64,000 nucleotides of DNA from a virus: the IMG/VR virus record IMGVR_UViG_3300044632_001278. One strand, written 5' to 3'. A program made the translations under genes and the position numbers. This document shows positions 57,026-64,000 of this stretch, piece by piece (position 1 is the stretch's first letter; each line of letters starts with the position of its first letter). Under the pieces are notes generated by a model. It was not told where the DNA came from. It worked only from the letters and a program-made list of their open reading frames with translations, and did not search any database.

Positions 57026-59650
57026 TTGAAATCATATCCTATACAAATAAATAAAGTGGAGTATATGGTGGGGGGTCCAGGTGATATAATGGACACCCCA
57101 CCTTCTGCTAGAGGTTTTGCGTTAAGTGTTCTTGAACGTGGTACCGGACAATACGCGTCTATATTTAAAGGAACAGAAGAAAATGGATATGGCTTCATAA
57201 TCTATGATGACGGTGATAAAAAATTAATATTAAAAGGACGTATTGGATCTGACCACAAAGAAACAATTTATGCTGGTAGTAAAGAATTACAAAATATACG
57301 TAAAGATAAATATCGAGGGCAAGATGATATGGAGTTTTTACGAAGAACTTGTTTGAGTGGTAGATCTTGGTTGGTTACTTTACAAAACAAGAATTATTAC
57401 TTTGTAGCTATTTGGAACACTTCTATAACACAAAATCAATATAACACTTTAAAAGAGTATTTGGTTAAGTTTCCGGTAAATTCTACATACATTCAAATGG
57501 GAATGGCTGGATCAGATCCATCAAGTAAATTTCAATTAGTAAGTAGTTTTGTTCCAAAAATTGCTTCTGAAAAACCCAAACTAACTAAAAAAGAAAAAGA
57601 CTTCGTACAAACCGCACATATGAAAACAGCTGAGTTACCAGCTAGTTATGCAAAAGCATTAAAAAAATTACAATCTATGACCGAATCAAACGATACAGCA
57701 ATGTCTAATTATAACGCTTATCAATCTTATAAGAACTACGCTTTGAAATTGATTGGTAAATTAGAAAAAATAAAACAACTTGGCAAATCAAATGTTTCTG
57801 CGAGCGACATCGTAACCAAGAGTGCTTTGGACTCGGTATTAATTGGTTTAGGCAAACAATTTCCAGAACTGACAACAAAATTAAATGGTTTAAGTAAATA
57901 CACATTTAATAGTTCAGATTTGATTAAATTACATCAAAAAGGAAAAATAGATGTAAAGAATTGGACGGATGCATCATTGAAAGAATTGACTAAAAAACAG
58001 TGGATGAATTCTATGTCAACAGGAGTTGGAGATCCAGATCACCCTATTAATAACGATGTTAAACATCACGTTGGTAAATTAAAAGCAGAAAATGCCGAAA
58101 TGGCACAAAGTGATATAACAAAGATAATTGATTATAGTGAAAAACTACAGTCAATGTTTAGTGTAGATGATAATTTGGAAGACTGGGTAAAGGCTAAGTT
58201 GAATCACGCGTGTGATTATGTAGCTACAGTAAGAGATTACTTGAAGTTTTATCGTGATGAAAAAGAAGCTGGTACGCCAGAAGATCAAATAGATGAAAAG
58301 TGGAGTAATACATACAAGAAGAGCATTAATTGTAGTAACCCAAAAGGATTTAGTCAAAAAGCTCATTGTAAAGCTAGAAGACTAAGACAAGCTGGTAAAC
58401 ATACCAAAAGTAAACCCGTAAGAGAAATCTATGAAGCTGTTGTTCGTCGTATGATCAAAGAATTCAATAGTAGTATGGCTATGGGAGCTTTGAAACAACT
58501 CAACAGTGATGCAAAGGAGTTGGAAACAATGTTGCAGCCAAATACTCAATTGGAAGATTGGGTAAAAGCTAAGTTGAATTTGGCAGGTGAATATTTGGAC
58601 GATGTATATCATCATCTAGACCATTTTGGTGCAGAAGGTAGAACTTTGGATGAAAACAGTTACTACAAAAAATATTGGTTCACTCCAAATGGTAAAGTAG
58701 TAGATGTAGGTAATAGTCATGAAGATTGGATCAAAAACAATGATAAGTCTTTAGTAGGTGCGACTTTAGTAGATACATACGAAAACGCTGTAGCTAAAGG
58801 TTATGTACGTGGTGTATTTGATATTCAGAGTGAATTTTTAACACTCTCAAATCTTCCAAATTATGACTTTTTATCTTCGAAGTTGAGACGAGAAACAAAA
58901 GCTGCGATAGAAGATTTTATCATAGACAAGAATATAAAAATTGTTGCTACTGGAAAAGGTAAATTACTCAAAGACTTTATATTCAATACAGAACCACAAT
59001 TAGCAGAACATCTTCTTGAGTCTATCAAGTTGCAAGAAGATTGGAAAAATTGGCTCAGAGCTGGAGCAGCTGGTGCTTTGGGATTGGCAGCAACTACTGG
59101 TAACGTAGATGCTGCTAAAATAAAACCAGCTAATAAACCTGCTATAACTCAAACCGCACAAAGTACTGTTCAAAGCAAACTATATACAGCTGAAGATGTT
59201 ATTGCTGCTACAATAATAGATGAAGCTGGCGGTGAAAAGAACGCAACCGAGGCTATGCAAGCTGTTTTGAATGTGATTATGAATCGCGTTAATGGTGATA
59301 CTAGAAAAGGTGCTATGGAATGTTTGAAACCCTACCAATTTAGCGGATGGAATAAAATCAATAAAAAGGATGTAAACGATATTAAAAAATTTATTGATTC
59401 AAAGAAAAGTCACGTAAGATTCAATATAGCACTTGATCTAGTTAATAAAGCAAAGAGTGGATCTTTGAAAGATATCACTAAAGGCGCAAATCATTTTTTG
59501 AATGTAACAACACAACAAGCTCGTGGCGGAAAATTACCTAGTTGGTATAACAAAAATAAAGTCGTAGCCGATATAGGTAGACATCAGTTTCTTAAATTGG
59601 AATCGTTAATGTCTCTCGGAGAATATTTTGGTTTTAACTATTATTTCTAA
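57026..59650 (+). CDS. Modular putative virion protein with C-terminal SleB/CwlJ (Hydrolase_2) cell-wall hydrolase
   Basis: Two LEDWVKAKLN repeats; IAATIIDEAGGE, AVLNVIMNR, YQFSGWN, DITKGANHF, IGRHQF; start uncertain (TTG 57026 or ATG 57065). Confidence 0.75.
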   Translation: MKSYPIQINKVEYMVGGPGDIMDTPPSARGFALSVLERGTGQYASIFKGTEENGYGFIIYDDGDKKLILKGRIGSDHKETIYAGSKELQNIRKDKYRGQDDMEFLRRTCLSGRSWLVTLQNKNYYFVAIWNTSITQNQYNTLKEYLVKFPVNSTYIQMGMAGSDPSSKFQLVSSFVPKIASEKPKLTKKEKDFVQTAHMKTAELPASYAKALKKLQSMTESNDTAMSNYNAYQSYKNYALKLIGKLEKIKQLGKSNVSASDIVTKSALDSVLIGLGKQFPELTTKLNGLSKYTFNSSDLIKLHQKGKIDVKNWTDASLKELTKKQWMNSMSTGVGDPDHPINNDVKHHVGKLKAENAEMAQSDITKIIDYSEKLQSMFSVDDNLEDWVKAKLNHACDYVATVRDYLKFYRDEKEAGTPEDQIDEKWSNTYKKSINCSNPKGFSQKAHCKARRLRQAGKHTKSKPVREIYEAVVRRMIKEFNSSMAMGALKQLNSDAKELETMLQPNTQLEDWVKAKLNLAGEYLDDVYHHLDHFGAEGRTLDENSYYKKYWFTPNGKVVDVGNSHEDWIKNNDKSLVGATLVDTYENAVAKGYVRGVFDIQSEFLTLSNLPNYDFLSSKLRRETKAAIEDFIIDKNIKIVATGKGKLLKDFIFNTEPQLAEHLLESIKLQEDWKNWLRAGAAGALGLAATTGNVDAAKIKPANKPAITQTAQSTVQSKLYTAEDVIAATIIDEAGGEKNATEAMQAVLNVIMNRVNGDTRKGAMECLKPYQFSGWNKINKKDVNDIKKFIDSKKSHVRFNIALDLVNKAKSGSLKDITKGANHFLNVTTQQARGGKLPSWYNKNKVVADIGRHQFLKLESLMSLGEYFGFNYYF

Positions 59651-59653
59651 TTT

Positions 59654-59992
59654 ATGAGTGAGTGGCCAACAATAGGTATGGGTAACTTACAAGCTATGAT
59701 GGTAATGCGTCAACAGAGTGCGCCTGTATCATCTATTAATGGTTTTGATCCATACCAAGCTATGTTGAGACGTAGACAGTCAAATGCAGATACTGATACA
59801 GGTTATAATAATGATGTAGTTCAACAATATGACCCAAAAGATATTCAAGAGTTAGAAGAGTTTTGTCAAAGATACGGAATAATGGGATTTAACTTTGGTA
59901 AAATGAATCCAAAAGCTGCTTTGAGAATGCTTAAGGGAAAGATGGGTATAATTGATGAAAAAGTAAGTAATAAAAAAATGTTGCTTGATTAG
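59654..59992 (+). CDS. Hypothetical protein
   Basis: 112-aa ORF. Confidence 0.6.
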   Translation: MSEWPTIGMGNLQAMMVMRQQSAPVSSINGFDPYQAMLRRRQSNADTDTGYNNDVVQQYDPKDIQELEEFCQRYGIMGFNFGKMNPKAALRMLKGKMGIIDEKVSNKKMLLD

Positions 59993-60013
59993 TTTAATAT
60001 AGTTATTTTTGTT

Positions 60014-61402
60014 ATGGTCAAACTGATAAATGCTAGAAAATCTCCTCTTAATATAGAAGTTTTAATAGGTACTGATGTTAATGATGTCAATGCTTTATTT
60101 TTGTGGGAAGATAATACGACCAAAATACCATTACACTCCGAGGTTATAAACCTATACGCTAATACTGGATATTATTCGGGTTTAAACAAAAACATAGATT
60201 TTTTTAAGAACGATGTAATTTTTAAAATAATTAGATTGGACACCTATGAAATAATGTTTACCCATATATTTAAGAATTTTAATTTTATAAACGGTAAAAG
60301 CATACTTTATATTTCCCAGAACAATTACAGTGGATATAGTTATTCTGCTAGAAATTATATATTTCAATTATTGCAAAATGGATATACAGTTCACTGGATT
60401 AATAATGTTTTTGACAAATCCACATATAAACCTTGTAACGAAGAAGAACGTTTGGTTTTTAATTGTGAGAACAAATATGATCCGAACATTGTTTATGACT
60501 CAATGATTATACACCACGTTCCAATTGGTTGGAATGAAGTTAAAGAATATTGTAAAAATTCAAAAAAAGTATACGGTCTCACAACGTGGGAAACTACTCA
60601 TCTACATTCACAGTGGGTAGATTATATAAATTTAAGTGTGGTAGATGAAGTTATAGTTCCTTCATTTTTTAATAAAAAATCTTTTATTGATAGTGGCGTA
60701 GTTAAAAATATAAATGTTTGGTATCACGATATTTTTAGCTTTGTACACAATGACAACTTAAGTGTAAACAATATATTAGATAAGTTTTTTATTTACAAAG
60801 ACGGTGTTTATACACAATCATCAAATCTTGTTAAAACTATTATAGATAACAATACTGTATATTATAACATTAGTCAATATAACGAACGTAAAAACATAAA
60901 TCAAGTTATATCTACATTTTGCAGTAAATTCACAGGTGATGATAATGTTTGTTTGTTTATCAAAACATATTTCAAAGAGTTTACAGTGGCACAAACCGAA
61001 ATGTTGAAATATAAGTTCGCAGAACTTCTTAATAATTATAATAATATCCCACCTATTATATTTTGTTTTGATAGTTTAAGTGATGATGAAGTAAATCTAA
61101 TTCACGAATTTGGAGATGTATATTTTACATTAAATAGAGGCGAAGGATTTGGTCTATGTACATATACTGCTAAAAAAATTGGTAACAAAGTTATATGTGG
61201 TAAGTTTGGGGCTGAAAAAGAATTTTTGTCTATCACAGATTCACTTGTCAGCTACACACTAGAATCTCCATTTAATATGGAAGTTTATCACAATTGGTAT
61301 AATGATGATAGGCAGAAATGGGCAGTTTTTGATGATAAAGACGTACTAGACTGTTTACATTTTTATCCAAAGACGATCAAGACAAAATACAACTACAAAT
61401 AA
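60014..61402 (+). CDS. Glycosyltransferase family 4-like
   Basis: SGYSYSAR, TTWET, VIVPSFFN, NERKN, RGEGFGL. Confidence 0.8.
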   Translation: MVKLINARKSPLNIEVLIGTDVNDVNALFLWEDNTTKIPLHSEVINLYANTGYYSGLNKNIDFFKNDVIFKIIRLDTYEIMFTHIFKNFNFINGKSILYISQNNYSGYSYSARNYIFQLLQNGYTVHWINNVFDKSTYKPCNEEERLVFNCENKYDPNIVYDSMIIHHVPIGWNEVKEYCKNSKKVYGLTTWETTHLHSQWVDYINLSVVDEVIVPSFFNKKSFIDSGVVKNINVWYHDIFSFVHNDNLSVNNILDKFFIYKDGVYTQSSNLVKTIIDNNTVYYNISQYNERKNINQVISTFCSKFTGDDNVCLFIKTYFKEFTVAQTEMLKYKFAELLNNYNNIPPIIFCFDSLSDDEVNLIHEFGDVYFTLNRGEGFGLCTYTAKKIGNKVICGKFGAEKEFLSITDSLVSYTLESPFNMEVYHNWYNDDRQKWAVFDDKDVLDCLHFYPKTIKTKYNYK

Positions 61403-61423
61403 AAAACCCCTTGTTAAGGGGTT
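61400..61423 (-). terminator. Terminator between convergent genes
   Basis: AACCCCTT-GTT-AAGGGGTT stem with a T run on the minus strand. Confidence 0.65.
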
Positions 61424-61428
61424 GCGTT

Positions 61429-61692
61429 TTACAAACTAAATTTTTGTTTTCTAAGTTCAGACGGAAGCAAATCGTCCAACGGTTCCAAACAGTTCACACA
61501 ATATGGAATATTAATTGGCACCAATGCATCTTTATCTGTTCCAGCTAGTATTTTGCTGACTTTTCTGAACATAACTCCGTTTTGAAAAACCGCACCTTGA
61601 CATTCGGTGCATTGTACGGATTGTGTATCTTTTAGTCCAAAATTAACATTTGGTTGTGGCATATTCATACCATCTATTTTATTGTTAAACAT
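61429..61692 (-). CDS. Small zinc-ribbon-like protein
   Basis: CTEC...CVNC. Confidence 0.65.
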   Translation of the reverse strand: MFNNKIDGMNMPQPNVNFGLKDTQSVQCTECQGAVFQNGVMFRKVSKILAGTDKDALVPINIPYCVNCLEPLDDLLPSELRKQKFSL

Positions 61693-61695
61693 AAT

Positions 61696-62094
61696 TTATA
61701 TTCCTTTTCTTTTTTTGTAATCTTCTAATGCTGCACTCAGTGCTTCGTGTGCCAAAACCGAACAGTGAATTTTTACTGGTGGAAGGCCGCCTAGTGCATC
61801 TACTATATTATCATTAGTAAAATTCTTTTCAAGTTCTTCTATAGTTCTGCCTTTAATCAATTCTGTAGCCATAGATGAAGCGGCTATCGCACTACCACAT
61901 CCAAAAGTTTTGAATCTTGCATCGGTAACTGTTCGTGTAGATTCGTCTATCTTGAGACTGATCTTCATAATATCGCCGCAAGCGGCTGCGCCAACTTCAC
62001 CTATGGCATCTGCTTCTTTTATATCACCCATATTTCTTGGGTTCATAAAATGATCCATTACGGTGTTGTTATATAATGTATATGTGTCGGTCAT
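61696..62094 (-). CDS. iscU: Fe-S cluster scaffold IscU/NifU-N
   Basis: DHFMNPRNMG, ACGD, FKTFGCGSAIA, LPPVKIHCS. Confidence 0.93.
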   Translation of the reverse strand: MTDTYTLYNNTVMDHFMNPRNMGDIKEADAIGEVGAAACGDIMKISLKIDESTRTVTDARFKTFGCGSAIAASSMATELIKGRTIEELEKNFTNDNIVDALGGLPPVKIHCSVLAHEALSAALEDYKKRKGI

Positions 62095-63206
62095 AGTCCT
62101 ATTTGTTTTAAATCATTGACCACCATCTTGTCTACAAGTTGTTCAAATGATGTTTTTGGTTCCCATTTCAATTCATTTCTAGCTTTGGTACTATCACCCA
62201 ATAACAAATCTACTTCCGCCGGTCTATAGAATTTGGGATTGATTTTGACTAAAACAGATGTTACTGGTTCATATTTAATTGCATCTTTTGTGGTGATACT
62301 AAATTCAGATCTTTCTGCTTCTCCGTGCCAAGCACCTTCAATACCAGCAGATTTAAAAGCAAACCATACAAATTCCGCAATGGTATGTGTTTCGTTACTA
62401 GAAAGAACATATTCATTAGGATGTGTTTGATTTAACATTTTCCAGATACCATCAACAAAATCCTCAGCGTCACTCCAATCTCTTCTGGCTTTTACATTTC
62501 CCAATTCAATCGGTTCAAATGATTTGCCTTCAGATATAGCTTTCTTGATTCTAGCTACGCCTTTTGTAATCTTACGTGTGACAAATTCTTCACCTCTTCT
62601 AACACCTTCGTGATTAAACAATAAACCTTGTACCGCATACAAATTGTAGGATTCTCTGTACACTTTAACCAATTGTCTTGCAGCTGATTTACTTGCTCCG
62701 TATGGACTACGTGGTTTTGCTGGATGATTTTCGTCTTGTGGTGTGTATGCTACGTTGCCATATTCTTCACTACTACCAGCGTTGTAAAATCTACAAGAAG
62801 GTTTGTGTTGTCTAATTGCTTCTAATATGTGAATCACACCAGTTGTATTACATTCCCAAGTTTGGGCTGGAAAGTCCCAACTAGAACCTACAAACGTTTG
62901 TGCAGCTAAATTGATAAAATAATCTGGTTTTAACTTCTCTACTATTTTGCTAATACTATGGGCATCACTTAGATCAAAGTTTACCAATTTAAATCTGGGA
63001 TTATTTTCCAAATGTCTAATATTTTCGTGGTTTTTGATACTCAATCTTCTAGCACCCCCCACTACAAAGTAGTCTGTATTTTTAAGTAGATAATCTACCA
63101 TAAGACTACCATCTTGACCAGTAACACCCGTTACAAATGCAACTTTTTTGTTTTCTGTGAAAGAAACCACATCATTTATATTATATATTTCCATAAGATA
63201 TTTCAT
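62091..63206 (-). CDS. gmd: GDP-mannose 4,6-dehydratase
   Basis: TGVTGQDG, NLAAQ, SSEEYG, PRSPYGASK, FNHE, FVTRKIT, RDWS, RPAEVDLLLGD. Confidence 0.93.
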   Translation of the reverse strand: MKYLMEIYNINDVVSFTENKKVAFVTGVTGQDGSLMVDYLLKNTDYFVVGGARRLSIKNHENIRHLENNPRFKLVNFDLSDAHSISKIVEKLKPDYFINLAAQTFVGSSWDFPAQTWECNTTGVIHILEAIRQHKPSCRFYNAGSSEEYGNVAYTPQDENHPAKPRSPYGASKSAARQLVKVYRESYNLYAVQGLLFNHEGVRRGEEFVTRKITKGVARIKKAISEGKSFEPIELGNVKARRDWSDAEDFVDGIWKMLNQTHPNEYVLSSNETHTIAEFVWFAFKSAGIEGAWHGEAERSEFSITTKDAIKYEPVTSVLVKINPKFYRPAEVDLLLGDSTKARNELKWEPKTSFEQLVDKMVVNDLKQIGL

Positions 63207-63677
63207 TTAAAAACCAGGTTCATCATCTTCGTCCTCTTCATCTAAATAGTCATCGTCAGCATCATTATTAATATTATATTTTTCTTTAAATTTTACAACA
63301 TCGTCATTTGTTATTCCACACAGAAAAAACACAGCCTGTATATATAATATTATTTCTTCTTTTGTTAATTTGTTTTTCTTGAAGTAACTGCTTGCTGAGT
63401 TTGACATTGAAACTATTTTTTTCTGAACATCTGTTTTTATTTTGATTTTGGGTGTCACACCTTCTAATATTATACCTGGTATATCTTCTATGTCTGAATT
63501 ATCTACGTGTTTGTTTGCAATATGTTTGTAAAGTTCATCCTCTAGTTTATCTTTTGCAACACCTTTATCTAACAGTTTCTTTTTTATGCTTTTTATTTTT
63601 GTAGGACTAATTTTTTTACATATATTGAATGATGCCAATATGCCATTTTGCGACAATAGATGTTTTATATTATTCAT
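63207..63677 (-). CDS. Hypothetical protein with acidic tail
   Basis: 156-aa ORF ending DDDYLDEEDEDDEPGF. Confidence 0.6.
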   Translation of the reverse strand: MNNIKHLLSQNGILASFNICKKISPTKIKSIKKKLLDKGVAKDKLEDELYKHIANKHVDNSDIEDIPGIILEGVTPKIKIKTDVQKKIVSMSNSASSYFKKNKLTKEEIILYIQAVFFLCGITNDDVVKFKEKYNINNDADDDYLDEEDEDDEPGF

Positions 63678-63697
63678 TATAATATTATATATATGGG

Positions 63698-64000
63698 TTA
63701 AAATCTTTGTCTTAAAATCTTTTTACTGTCTTGCAATATATCAGGATCAAATATTTTTGGACCTTTGCTAATATAACCTTTTCCGCTGGTAAACGTACAA
63801 TTATAACATAATAGTCTCATATTATCTAATTTGTGATTTTTGTTATTGCCATCGTCAAAGTTTAGTAACAGAGGTAACTTACCATCAACAATTCTTCTTT
63901 CTTTGAAACCACATTGCTCACATTCTGGTTTTTTAATATTGGCTCTAATCAATTTATCTTTTAATCTATGAACTGGAAACTCTGGGTGTTTTCCATCTAA
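63698..64000 (-). CDS. HNH-like zinc protein, partial (continues beyond window), degenerate catalytic His
   Basis: CEQC...LLLNFDDGNNKNHKLDNMRLLCYNC; frame is open to the window edge. Confidence 0.6.
   Translation of the reverse strand, partial: LDGKHPEFPVHRLKDKLIRANIKKPECEQCGFKERRIVDGKLPLLLNFDDGNNKNHKLDNMRLLCYNCTFTSGKGYISKGPKIFDPDILQDSKKILRQRF

Noticed and set aside
406-63771. Many 60-116 aa ORFs antisense or out of frame within larger genes
   Set aside because: They are shadow ORFs with no recognisable motifs or initiation context.

Overview
AT-rich, gene-dense fragment of a large (jumbo/huge) T4-like dsDNA bacteriophage genome, standard genetic code. No tRNA, rRNA or CRISPR array was recognised by eye. 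1-23 kb (+): replication, recombination and nucleotide module (divergent family-A polymerase, gp32-like SSB, RecA/UvsX, free-standing homing endonuclease, RNase H/5'-3' exonuclease, DnaB/gp41 helicase, NrdAB, MoxR AAA+/vWA pair, DUF4338, UvsE, gp62-like, dNMP kinase), interleaved with putative late genes. 23-46 kb (-): a ~21 kb tightly coupled glycosylation/methylation island headed by a ribbon-helix-helix-like gene, with dUTPase inside it and a Cas4-like nuclease upstream. 46-55 kb: PolB, sliding clamp, clamp loader and more glyco-enzymes. 55-60 kb: modular, probably protease-processed virion proteins, one ending in a SleB hydrolase. 60-64 kb: GT4, IscU, Gmd and a degenerate HNH. Most striking: the RNase H/5'-nuclease gene is cut inside its first catalytic motif (VDGL|NTYIR) by a 5-nt element, TAGTG (overlapping stop/start), preceded by a long stem-loop and overlapped by a hairpin-gated homing endonuclease. 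This looks like a miniature analogue of the T4 mobA/gene 60 bypass cassette. All family assignments come from motif recognition, not database searches.
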